Assembly: GCF_964204645.1 (NCBI RefSeq)
Contig: NC_134025.1
Coordinates: 18,265,101-18,329,100 of the forward strand
DNA from: Tubulanus polymorphus
Lineage: Eukaryota; Animalia; Nemertea
Length of the DNA: 64,000 nucleotides
Direction of reading: 5' to 3'
Shown here: in pieces, positions 36,530-50,000 of the stretch
Layout of the letters: every line of letters begins with the position of its first letter
How positions within the stretch are numbered: the first letter of the stretch is position 1
Made by a program: the position numbers and the translations under genes
The notes under the pieces: model-generated
What the model saw: only the letters and a program-made list of their open reading frames with translations
Database searches by the model: none
Told to the model about the DNA's origin: nothing

Positions 36530-37450
36530 TTTTTCCCACCTATGAGTACTGATGACAGCAAGATGGCCACCAATTGCGTCATAATTGGCTGATCAAAAAT
36601 ACCTGTCTGAAGTATAAAACATCCCTTTCCAAAGAATACCCATCACAAATTGCAATCAGAAATGGCAAACCAGTACGAAGCTACAGGACCCAGAATTCCG
36701 GCAAAATTGACATATTTGGGCACTAAAAAGGTCATAGGACAGCCATCTTGAGTCCGTTCGACCTAATTTTTCTTAAAGCTGATGGGTCCTTCGGGGTATC
36801 AAATATAAACGAAAGATCGAGGTAATTGATCAAAGCGTCTTCAAAATTTCCCTCAAAAAGTTCAAAAATGTGTAGAAAGTGCTGAATTTGGCGAACAACA
36901 ATGGCTGCCAGTCAGCCATATTGATTCTGACAGGGCCAGTTTTTGGGTTGATATCAAGACATTACATTGAAGCGTCTTCAAAACTTCCCAATATAACTGG
37001 ATTCCGTCTACGGACGGACGACGGACGAAAAGTGAACGCAATAGCCCGCTGGGACTAAAGTCCCAAGTGGGCTAAAAAGGTTTTTTGAGTAAACTATCGA
37101 CAGGATTTACAGCAATCAATTGCAAAGTTGTATTGCATGACTTGTTCTACGATAATGGAGTTTTCACAGGTCATCAGCTGGTCACCAGGGGGCGTTAAAT
37201 AGCCGAATAACTTAGTATTTTCATATTGTATTGGTACCCAGGCATATTTTGTAACCACAATGAATTGTAAAGTTGTAGATTGACATGTTCTATGAGTGTG
37301 GTGAGGTCTGTGGTTTTAAGGTCATTGTCTTTAATTCCAGGGGCATGGAATATCTGAATAACTTAGTATTTTCATATCATATTGGTACCTAGACATTGTT
37401 GAGCAATTCAAACCACTTCCTAAGTGGGTGTGGTGTCCCCGGACCCCTAA
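36530..37450. repeat. Family B HINE-like fragments (forward 36530-37077, reverse ~37080-37450)
   Basis: Matches 635-1172. The reverse piece ends taagtgggtgtggtgtccccggacccctaa. Confidence 0.75.
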
Positions 37451-37489
37451 TGAGATATGTTGCAAATTGTTTTTGTTTATGATTTCAGG

Positions 37490-38445
37490 TTATAGCAGCT
37501 GGACATGGCGAGTTAGTTGTTGCACGTCGCCCTACCTCCGGAAACTTCAAAGCATGGCATTACCTACCCTGTGAACATTGTCTTGCTTTCGACTTGCGCA
37601 ATTCTTTGTACCAGCATGTTAAAAAATGTCAATGTCAATGTTAACGGAATTCAACTTGTTTATTGGAACCTTCGATTACTGTTGATGAAAATTCTATGGA
37701 ATCTTCCTTAAATGAGCTACTAAGCGGGTTATAAGAAACATCTTCAAACCCAGGCATTGCTGTAATCTGCCGCAATGATGATCTACTAAAAGATTTTACC
37801 TCTTCTCATATTGACCGAATGGGTGACAAAGAAGATCAACGATTAAAGGATATGGACAATGCCGCACAAAAGTCAGAACAGTTGCTCGACTTTTGAAGCA
37901 TATGAATAAGAAGAAGGGTTTCGAGAAACCATTGTCATTACATATCGAGTATATAGTTCGACTTTGTCGTAGAATCAGTTAAAGGACTTTCTAAATCCAT
38001 TGATTCTCCTCAAATAGCTATTGTCCTCGGCCATTTCCTGAAGCACATTGTGCTTCTCAAGCGTTGTATTGGTGTGGAAAAGAATTCGGAAGAAATTAAA
38101 GAAAAACGTGTGATTTCCAGTACCTACGATGCACATTGGACATGCAAAGTCTCAAGCGTTGTAGTAAGATGTCAAAAGATTCGTAAGATCAATAAGACGA
38201 AACCTAAACTGAAAACATCAGATCTTGTCAAAATGAAAGACTGGCTGATTGCAGAGATCAAGAAGAATCGTCACCATGAATCGCCCGATTATGCGACTTG
38301 GAAATATATGGCGCATTTAACTATGTGTCATATACTGATGTTCAACAGGAGACGTCCTGCTGAAGTCCACGTGCTGAAAGTCGCTGAAAGTGAAGAAATA
38401 ATCAAAGGGCTTAGTGTTTGTGAGAGAGCAATGGTTGAAAGGTAG
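37490..38445 (+). pseudogene. Decayed, truncated paralogue of the ZnF-tyrosine recombinase gene
   Basis: VIAAGHGELVVARRP..YLPCEHC, NPGIAVICRND, RMGDKEDQRLKDMDN, YDAHW, DLVKMKDWL, MFNRRRPAEV and LSVCERAMVER|gtag align with the 24920-25947 region. Contains frameshifts and stops. Confidence 0.85.
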
Positions 38446-39464
38446 AAATAAATGTTATAGTTTTTAGACTACTTAAGACTTTTGTCCCAAGAGGCTATTA
38501 CATTCACTTTGTGTCCATCCACCATCAAACTTTCAGTAGACAGAACACTCTAACAATGAGCAGTTTTGAAGTTGCTTCCCTCTGACTAACATTATGCTAA
38601 GGTATTGGGTATAAGTGTACAACAGTTGATTAGGCCACACCAAAAGAAAACCCTGTTTCTCGGGCTCGACCGACCCAATATTTTGTGGTATCATACACTC
38701 ATTTTCAGAATAAAATACTATCTACCCTTTTCAAAATTTTGGGTGAAATAGTTTTTTTCAAAATATATATGTGGCTGATCGACTACCAAACTCTCCCCTA
38801 CGTAAATACTTACGCAATTTCCACATTTTATCATCCTTGAATAAAATTAAAGTAGGCGCCCAACGCACGACTTCTCCCAGTCTCATCTGTGTTTGTTTTT
38901 AACAGCACGCCTGTGATAACTATGCTGTACCTTCTCTATTGATCGCTTCACATGGATTTCCGTAGTACTATAGCGATAAATATATGGTTATATGTGTGTA
39001 GATAGCTCCCACCTCTAAATTAGTTGAAAAACTGACTGTTGATTAGATGAAAAAGCTGAGAGCATTCCACAGCCCGCTATTGTCAACAGACTATTTAGTC
39101 CATTATTTATTTATTCATCACCCCTCACAATTATACCTAAGAATGTACTAAAATTTAATAGAGTAGAGCAGTAACACAGTTCACAAAAAGCCAACGGCCA
39201 CGGTTAAACCGTACGGGTTAGCAGGTCTTTAACTCCATTGGTATCGCCATACTTGCTAGTTTGGATACTGAATTGAATAGCCTACTCGGTTATATTCGTA
39301 ACACCGAACAAATTATAAGCGAACATACGATACCTAGTCGAATGAAATGCTCGGTAAAGTCATTGACTAGGTTTTACTAGTCATAAAGTCATTAACTAGT
39401 TTTTCGTCGTTGACTGTTTTGACTTTACGTTTCATTCATAACTGTCAGTCATCAAATAAGATAA

Positions 39465-40035
39465 CAACTAGAATCACTGCGGATGAAATATCCTGATGAA
39501 GTGTGAATATCCTGATGTCTTTAGAAAACTTTCTGGAGACAATTTGGTTAAGGTGACAATTTGGCGACAATTTGGTGTCTTGAATCGCATTTACGCAAAA
39601 ATGACCTCTACTGACCTTGACCTTTGGAACCCAAAATCAATAGGGCACATCCTCTCCCTATGGGTAATAAAACTATGATATAGCATTGTCCTGCCATGAA
39701 TGGTTCTTCTTGAATAGCACTGACAGGGTTTCACATAAATGACCTCTAGTGACCTTGACCTTTGGACCCTAAAATCAATAGGGCACATCTTCTACCTAGG
39801 GGTAATATTACTGTAATATCATTTCCTGCTATCAATGGTTCATCTTAAATCCTGTTCACAAGGTTTCTCATGAATGACCTATAATGACCTTGACCTTTGA
39901 ACACAAAAATCAATATGGCACATCCTCTTCCTAGGAGTAATCATAATATGGAATATCATAGTCCTGCTATCAACGGGTCTTCTTGAATCGCGTTCACAAG
40001 CAGGTGAGGACGGACGGACGAACGGACGGATTCCA
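39465..40035 (+). mobile_element. HINE/pearl-like element with ~139-bp internal repeats
   Basis: Starts aacaactaga, has three tgacct..tgaccttgacctttg..aaaatcaat units (39601, 39740, 39875) and ends in (GGAC)n. Confidence 0.7.
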
Positions 40036-41011
40036 AGTCAACAAAAAAGCCTGACCACACGAAATACAGTAAAAACCACTGATAAGTCAATGAATCTTTA
40101 ACCCCAGGTTTTACCAGCTGAAGAAATATTTATCTCGACGTTTATTCATACTTGTCAACTACTTAGTATTTTTAGGTCACGATAAAATATTCATTGAAAG
40201 TTTACTTATTTCAAAAACTTTTCATTCAAACACTGTATGATAACATAGTCATAAGGTGCGCACCAATGTGAGCAGTGGTATGCTGTCACGAGTGACTGTG
40301 TGCATAGTGTGTGTAAAGAGATTATGTTGATCAAACACAGCAGCAATGCAGTGAAAGAAAGATAGACGCACGTGTACGTCACTGACATAACTCAGTGCTA
40401 ATCAAAACTCTGACCCAAATTACCAGCAGTAGAAGTAAACGAACCCGTACTCCCTTTTTTTAAAGTTCATAACCGCATTCACAGATGTGATAAGAAAGGA
40501 TGAGAAAGCATAGTTTTTACGGAGCATCCGTACTTCCGTATTTAGCTATTATGATCTGTAGCAAATACGGAAATCCCGTAGAGGTAAACAGGTCTGATTT
40601 ATGCCCCCTCGAAAAATGTGTAAAAAGTGCCGATTTTGGCTAACAACAATGGCTGCCAGTCGGCCATCTTGAATCTAACAGGGGCAGTTTTAGGGCTGAA
40701 GATGTGTCTACGGTAGATACAAGTGTAATCTAAATACTAAGACATTACATTGAAGCATCTTTAATACTTCCCAAAATAACTGGATTCTATCATCAGGCGA
40801 TGGACAGATGTAAGGACGAAAAGTGAACGCAACAGCCTGCTGGGACTTAAGTCTCAAGTGGGCTAAAAAGTTGAAGTTTTGGGTTGGAAAAGCCTGTTAC
40901 CACATGGTTTTGCATATAAAATGATATATGAGCTTCCTTTGATCTATCAGGTTTATTGTTATCATTTCAAAAGATTCACAGAGGGGATGCACTTAGATCC
41001 TAGGCACTTAC

Positions 41012-44000
41012 TCTGGAGTTATCTTCATATCATCTTCATCGAGATCGGCTAGCAGCGGTTCCAAACCCATATTCATTCTAAGGTTGTTTATGTGATCTCT
41101 CATTGGAAGGTACTCCTCGAAGAGCTTCTTTACATTTTCCATCGCTTTATTCCTTTCTTCTTCAGACTGTTTCACTGTAGTCTCCATCTGATAAAGGTAA
41201 TTAAAATCTGCAGTTAAAACTCTTTTGCATTGTGAGTCATGATAGAACATTGCCTGACAATCTGGGCATGGCTGTAAGTGATTGCTCGCTTTGAAATGAG
41301 CCTTGCAGGGTTGAGGATTCTCTTCACTGACTGGCACTGAAACCATTCTACAGAAACCAGGAAGAACTCCACAGCAGCATACTCGAGAAATAGAATTCGT
41401 AGAATGGCGTGAGGATTAAACATCGACTCGCCCTATATTTGTGTGGTGAACACAACATTAATTGTGCGTTAGTTATGCTCCCTTGTTTAGAACAGAATCG
41501 CATTATTCATTACTAATTCTTTAGGGTAGGATGTTTCATTTATCTAATACGTATTTTGCACAACATTGTGATTTTGCCTTTTGCCTTTTAGTGATAACTT
41601 GATAGTTATTTATACTGCATGAATATTTATTAACAGTGTTGTCTATGTGATTGTGCTTTGGTTGGTCATTTTCTTTTTACTCTCTGTGCAAATTTTTGCT
41701 TGCATTTTTTGGTGTTCAATTTTTTCGATTATCAGGCATTAAATTTGAAAACAATTGGTTACATTTTCAGTTTACCTAGAGTCGAGGATCTTTTGGACTC
41801 TATGTCAGAGGCGGGTTAATGGCAGGTTGAGATGGAGGTATCCGACAAAGCCAAAACTGCCTCTTCTGCATGATTGATTTCATTTCAAGTTATTCCATCT
41901 GGACTAAAAGGGGCGCCATGGACTTTCTAACCCTTGATTGAGAGGTGTTTGGGGGATTTGATTATCCGTGTTTTTACTATTTGGATGACGTCCTTGTGCA
42001 TTCAGACAGCATTTAGTCCATTGCAACACATTTTTGAGCAGTTGTATCAAGCAGAGCTCAAACTCAATCCTTCTACTAAATGAATTAACTATTCTGTTGG
42101 TCGTCGCTTAATGTTGATTTTGTAACATGTAAATAAAGTTTAATTGAATTGTATAATTTTTTGAATAAGTTTAGTAGCGCCACCAAATTGTTGTACTGAA
42201 TTATAGTAGACTTTGACTTAAGAGTAATCGACTGTGATAGCATGGTACCTTGTGTACTGTGTGTTATATAAGACTTGATTTTAGTGTAGACATTGTGGAA
42301 ATTATCAATGTGGTACCTCACTTTGCCTTATAGACATTGATTTTAGTGTAGACATCGTGGACTGCAACAGCGTAGTACCCTACCCAGCAGTGTTATAGCC
42401 AGGGATGATAACACGCCACCATTAAAAAGGTGGATAATCTTAAATCTCGCAATAACTTAGAAATAACAAACGCCGTATTTTTACTGCCAGGTACGTTACT
42501 TCTAAGTTATTGCCAGCTACAAGCGCCGAAGGCGCGAAATGGCCTCCAGAAAATTTTGATTTTTCAGATCGTTTTTATCAGTTTTCACATTGAAATTTCA
42601 CTGAGAAAATTAAATAACATCGTCCAATGTTTTACTGTCAATGCACTGCTAGTTCCAAGACGAGTCAAGATGCTCATCATCTATTCGTTGCATAAGAAAA
42701 CAATGTAGGCGGCGTCACGTTAGGGGCTGCAAAAGCCATTTTTCAGCACTTCACGAGCAACACTAAAAAATCAATAATGTAGATACATATATCCACAGAC
42801 ACACGGTCGGGCAACAGAGAGAAAACTTCGTTAACAAAAATTATCGCATTTAAAAATAGATTGGGAAACGCTTTTATGAGAAACGGATTTGCATCGATTT
42901 TAGAAATGATAAAAATTGATTGAAAAGGCGGAAATCCGCTGAACGGCAGAAAATAATCATCCATGTGTAGTACACTGATGTTAACCACCGTTTACAGAGC
43001 TGCCAATTGGTTTCGCCATCTATAACACGTGTCTTTTCTGTTTGTTTCGAGTCCCATAAATCCCTGTTGTTCCCATTACACTGCAGTCAGTAGAACTCAG
43101 ATATAGATTTTCCGTGGATCACGTTGTTTTAGAACGCTATGTTGTACTATTTATATAGCCACAGTAGGCTATTGTGCAATATACACAATATATATATATA
43201 TATATTATGCAAGTGTAGAATCCGATAGAAACCAATCGCCTGATGTTGTTATTATTGGAGATTAGAACATGCGAGATCTCCAGTATCCACATAGTAGCAG
43301 CGCTATCATCCACAATTCTGGAGCCGCCGCTGAAAATATTCAGTCTTTTAGAAAAAGCATCATCCCAAATACCGAATCTAGAATCCGTTAAGGAGGTCAT
43401 CGTTCACATTGGTACCAATGACATCAATCGCAACAAGTCCAATACCGATGCTATCAAAATGAACATTACCTTTACCATCGCCATTTCCTTCAGCAAAAAT
43501 ATCACTTTCAAGTATCTTCCCTAAGAAAGGGAACTCAAAAGCTGCGAGGGATTTCAATACTGCCGCCTGCGCAGTTAATTCTTACATGGGGCGATTCTGC
43601 TCCAAACAGAACGTCCTATTCATTGATAATGACATCATTCTGAAACCCCACGGGGCTTTAAGAGATAGGTTTTTCAACATTAGTGACAAATCAGGGATTC
43701 ATTTGAACGAACTCTATTAGGTGATTTCAATATTGATTTCGGTAAATACGGTGATAATTCACCAAATGATTCTTTCTTTAACTATACAATAAGTATAAAT
43801 TTACCGACTCGAGTAACAGATGCTACATCAACTTATGTATATTATGTTATTGAGAATATATTGACCAATTTTAACGACGATTGCCAATCTCAAAGTGGTG
43901 TTTTCTTAGTTGATACATCAGACCACTACCCAATTTTTGCTAGTTTTGACGGTATCTATAAAAGACATAAAACAAGTAATAATACTAAGTTAATCCATGA

Positions 44001-47000
44001 TATAAATCCTAGGACCATTGAAAATTTCTCCCGTTCTTTGCTGACCAATGATTGGCAAAGTGTGTACGAGTATAGTGACCCTGAAGCGTCTTGCGGAATT
44101 TTATAAGATTAAATCTATACGTGATAAATCAAATCATAGCCATAAGCCGTGGATTACCACGGGAATAAAAAAATCGATTCGTTTCAAGGAAAAACTGTAT
44201 AAAAAGTACTTACGATAACGGACTAAAGAGAGGAAAGATAAATATAATAGACATAGAAATATTCTTAATTCTGTCATCAAGAAGACTAAATATTCATTTT
44301 ATAGGGACAAATTTATAGCATGTAAATTAAACCCTAGAGAAATATGGCGAAACGTCAATTCTTTACTTAACAAAGGTAAACAAAATCCTGACATTAACTC
44401 AGAATTTCTTCTTAATGATAAAGTTCTAAAAAATGAGCAAGAAATTGCTGAAAGTTTCAATGAGTATTTTGTAAACGTTGCGCGGTCATTGGAATCTCAA
44501 ATACCAATTTCCAAGAAAAACTTTAAAGATTATTTAGGTGAAAATGTGAAAATTTTTTCCTCTCACCAACATGTACTCAGGAAATTGAATAAATTGTCTC
44601 TAATTTCAAGTCCAAACCTTCAAGTGGCTTTGAAAACATACGTACAATGTTACTTAAATCGATTATTTCTATAATTTCACAACCTCTATGCCATATATTC
44701 AATTGCAGTTTCACTTCAGGGCAAGTGCCCAGTGCATTCAAAATAGCTCATGTCACTCCAATCTATAAAAGTGGAAATAATAATTTATTCAGTAATTACC
44801 GTCCTATTTCCGTCTTTATCAAAAATATTGGAAAAAATCGTATATGACAGACTGAACAAATTTTTTGAAAAACTCAAACTTTTTAATCAACACCAATTTG
44901 GTTTCAGGAAAAAGTACTCACCTACACTTGCTTTACCTCTCATCACCTCTCTCTCATTACCAATAAATTATCTAGTGCCCTTGATAAGGGCCTTTTTACT
45001 GCAGGGGTATTTATTGACCTGCCAAAGGCATTTGACACCCTTAAGTTTGATATCCTGATTTCTAAACTTGAGCACTATGGAATTCGTGGCATTCCGCTAA
45101 ACTGGTTTCAAAGTTATATCACAGGTCGAAAACAGGCGGCCAAGTATAAAAATACTTTATCCTTAACTGCGGATATAACATCCGGTGTTCCACAAGGTTC
45201 CATACTAGGACTACTATTTTGTTTCTAGTATACATAAACGACTGTCCTAATGCTTGTAAATTATTAGACTCAATATTTTTTGCTGACAATAGCAACTTTT
45301 TTTGTAGTAACTCTAATTATAAAAAGTTAGAGGGCATTCTTAACCAAGAGTTTAAATCAGCTCCTCAACTGGTTTAGAGCGAATCGCCTTTCCGTTAATA
45401 TAGATAAAACAAATTATATTATTTTTGGCAACAGATTTTTTCTGGATCTAAATATACTTTTAGATGGTCAACCGCAAAAAAGAGTAACAAGCACAAAATT
45501 TCTAGGCATAATTTTTGATCAAAATTTTACATGGAAGGAACACATCAATTTTGTTTGCAAAAAAAGTTTCACGTGGCATTGGCATCATTAACCGGTTGAA
45601 AAATTACTTATCTCCAGACATTGTGAAAAATTTATACCATTGTTTTGTCCATTCACATTTGGATTATGCCAATGTCAATGTTATATGGGGAAATGCTTGT
45701 TGTACCTATTCAAACCCACTTTTTGTTCCCCACAAAAAAGAGCAATACGTACTGTAACGCGTTCTGACTGGTTAGAACACACGTCACCAATTTTCAAAAG
45801 ACTCAAAATTCTGAAATTATGTGATATTTATAAACATCAGCTTGGAACTTTCACCTTCTGTCAAATTAATAATTTCTTACATGACCTTTTCGAAGACTTC
45901 TTCATTTTTCCGCGTTCTACACCTAATTGGCGCAACACACACAGAATCAATGATCTTTTTATCGAATTTTCGAAATCTAATATAAAATCTAGAAGTATTA
46001 AAATTCAAGGTGCAAAATACTGGAACAATCTACCATCTGAATTGAAAAATCAGCCCCATTTAAGTATATTTCGTAATAGTCTCAAAAGTCTGCTCTTGTC
46101 TAATTACTAGTAACCATAATTGTATGTTCTGACTTCGTCTAATTTATTTTTATATTTTTTAGAGTGTCTCTTGTAACGTATGTGTGTGGTGTGCGTATGA
46201 GTGCGAGAATGTGAGCGTATGTGGTGAGGGATTTTAGACTAGTACAAGCCTTACTGGCTTTTCTTCAATTCCTCGCATAAATTATTGTTACACGGACTAT
46301 ATATTATGTAATAACTATTATGTTATAATCCTTGTACCAATTATTTATGCAAAATAAATCAAATCAAATCAAAGAATACCGGAGATCGATAAAACAATAC
46401 TCCAAGACGCTTTTACGGTCTGATTGAGTTGTCGATGTCCATGACAAGACCGACCCACAACCTACCCCCCAACCCCAATTATGATCAATGATATTTTAGA
46501 AATGAACCGAACCGATAAACATTTTACAACTAAAAAGATTCTTTGTGTGTGGTTGGGTTAGTAACAAGTCAAACATTCTAATCTCCATCTATTCTCAAAA
46601 TATAGTAGATCAGTTCAGCATGAGCAATATATACGTGTGAGCGACACTGATTCCCACTTCTTAGTTTGATGTCTATGTTTTCATCGTGCAAGTGGTTGAA
46701 ATTATTGTTTACATCGAACGTCTTCAACAGCTGATACAACCGCACCCGCGTCTGTCAATCATCTTAATTGATTCATATACAAAAATACTCACTATGAAAA
46801 AACTATGCGGTGAATCAATCCAGAATCAATCCAGAATTTTTCAGTAGAATGTCAGTGTCGTGAATAAGACTATCAGTTATAGTGTATTATATTGTTATAT
46901 TAAATTGTAGAACTTCACACAATTGTCGAACTGCGTGAACTATTAGACTGTACTGAGCCTTTAACTGTAACTGTAACTATTCAACTGTATCTGTGCATTC

Positions 47001-50000
47001 CTCTATAAATACGGAATAGAATTCTATAGTATGTGTCACATTAACAGAAAACCACGTAGTCGTTCGGTCGTTCGTTCTCTATCTCTCTCTGCTTACCGGT
47101 CGGACCTACCCCTCTCGAGGACAGTCAGACACTAGGTAACTTTTGTTAAAGGTTTATTTGTTGTATGTCATTAGTTATCACAATCAGTTATATAATACTT
47201 TATTCATAACTTTCAAGCAGCGCGCCGGCAGCGAACGCTCAAGCAAGGTCAGTCACTTAGGCCAACGATAACATGAAACAGACCACGGTTTTGCCGGTAA
47301 AGAGCGTCTCTCCACATAGATTAGAGGACTGTAATGGACCATTTGTTGACACTAACCTTTAATAAACTTCGTATGGACACAATCAAGATAATTCCACCTT
47401 ATAATTCCATTATTACACGATTGATGCCCAGCTCAAACATGGCGGCGCCATTCAATACGCTAGTCACGATGTATCTCTACACACATCAAAATCACACTTG
47501 AAAAGTGTTGACTTATGAGAAACGATCGATATCAAGCAATTTAATTGGGAAAATAGCAGCACGATAGATGAAAAAAGTTGATAAACCACCTCCGACTGTC
47601 TAGTCATTTAAAAGCTTTGCCTTCACATGGAACTATTTCCGCCTTATCACAGGTGCACTCTGCCGCCGTCATTCGCCCATTCAACGATAAAAACTTTCCC
47701 ATGGTCTTACTATCGACATTTTCTAATAATTTAGGGAAATATTTTAAAAATCAAGATTTCACACTCAGCATTAATAAGATTAGAGTATTCATTCGTTTGA
47801 CAAATCTTCCTCTGAACTCCCACCAACAAGTTATATGTGGCGACACGAAAATGACGTCATCGACTCACTACCATCTTCTTATAACCTTCATGGCTACGTC
47901 ATGAAGGTAAAAATAGTCCATCATAGTAACTGAGCCACTCGCCCAGTTTTCGTAAGGGGAGGGTGACCTGATTTCGGCACAGTAAATTTTTACGGCAATT
48001 TTCTATCTGAATTATATGCAATTCATGATAAATAATCACTTACTGGATGTCCATATCATTTAGAGACCATAACATCAGTTTAATGCCTAAATATTGTTAC
48101 TTACTATTGTACTATTGTTTTAATTAGTTATGAGCATTCGACAAAATCGGGCGATCATTTTAAATTTTTGACCTGAATTCGGCACTGTATTCCCTAAATT
48201 CGGCACCGCGTACCTGACTTCGGCAGTGTGTTTAAAATTGATCTTTATACAGATTACAGGGCCTGTATCGGCTTTTCTTGGAAAAAGTAAGGCTCCGTAA
48301 TCTGTATTATGTTTATGTGCATATTAATGAGGTGCCTTAAATTCAAAACTTATACATAATCAGATGAAACGGTGATGTTTCAGCGTATAATTTTCAACGT
48401 AAATTGGCACTTAGCCAGCCAGTCAGCTGTTCCGTACTGGTTTTCACTGTGTTAAAATTCTAACTTTGAAAGCCTCATCACAGTGTTTAATTGGTAATGT
48501 TCAGCATTTTGAAAGTAATGTGGGCCTGTAAGGCGAAGTTTCTTAGGGGAGGAATGGTTTTCTGGAACAAAGACAACGCAGCAAGAGAAATGAAACTTAA
48601 GCTTGTATTGTACAGCCTGTTAATTCATGGTAAGTAGCAGATGCTTTTCATCGACACTTGTACAACAAAATCAGTGAGTTTCCATCCAATCATGTCTATT
48701 GCGTCATTGAAATTTGCTAAAAGTGAACAAATTTTATTCGTTGTAACAATAATATATTTTAAAACAATTCTTCAAATAAATTTTCTCAGCAGGCCTATTT
48801 CATTCATAGAAACGAAAATTCAATTTTTTATTTAATAACAGAAAATCATATTAAAACCAATATTACTATACTAGGCCTAAATCATATCAGGTCATTGCAC
48901 AGAAAATGTCATTGGTGTTCTCGTACTCTCTACATTCAAATGAAAGCTGGCATCGTTGATTGATGACGCGGGGCGGAGACAGCACCATAATGACCCCTGA
49001 TACCGGGTGATCTTCGACGTCTTCGGTCCATACAAATAAATTTCTTCGCTGGAGCTGTTCCAAAAACTTGATCTGCAGCGAAGAGCTCTTGGGCAACATT
49101 TTTTCGACCTGAAATGAACATTGCAGTCTAGTGTTACAGTATCAGCAAATCCTCTGTCAAGGCCCATCCATTCTTGTACTTACTATTCCAAAATAGAGGT
49201 TTTTTTTTTCCTCGTTCACCCTTTTGAGCAATTGCAACATAAGAATCAGCTCTGAAGATGTAAATTCAATAATAAGAATTATTTTGGGACTTCACTTAAA
49301 TCCTTCCAAGAACAATAACCCGGTACCGTTGAATCACAATCACGGTTTACTCGATCAAGGCTTCAGAACCATAGAATGTTATTTGGATTTTATTAACTAA
49401 TCATCTGTTTTGATCGTTTATTTACAGAGTACCTAGTTCGCAAAGGTTACCTTAGTTCCTGGTGTGTATCCTCTAACGATGGTATAGGGCTGCTTTTTTC
49501 AGCTGGGACATCCGTCGATGTAGCTGCCTTGTTGTGCTGGTGAGGAATTAATTAAACATGAGAAAAATACAAAAAATCTTTAGAAATAAAGAAGTTTCAC
49601 GTACATCAAGTCTACTCTCCATTACTTCGATTGCTGGGCATGTCTTTTGTTTTTTTGCAGGTAAAGTTTTCTGTAATGATGGAAGAAATATGCATGGTAA
49701 CAGTGCTTCATCTAGCATTAAAAAAGAACAGGGTGCTGATTTCAAATAAGGGCATTTTTGTGCGTAATTCCATCGGAGCAAGGGCACATAATAACGCGGT
49801 CACGTCTGTTTTAGGGGCAAACTGCAATGTTCACTATTGCATAGAATCGAGGTACCTCTACTACAATTGAGGAATAGAAAGTATGTTTAACTCTGATTTT
49901 GCCATGAGTGACACACTTAACCACAGTACATCCTTACACCTAGCCTATACCTGTCAATGAAGAAAAGTTAATCTATATAGGGCTTTCAAAATGATTTGGA

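Noticed and set aside
41188-41346. Cys/His-rich N-terminal part of the 41008-41346 ORF as a zinc finger
   Set aside because: It lies upstream of the AG acceptor at 41189-41188. ZC4H2 homology starts at METT, so this part is probably intronic.
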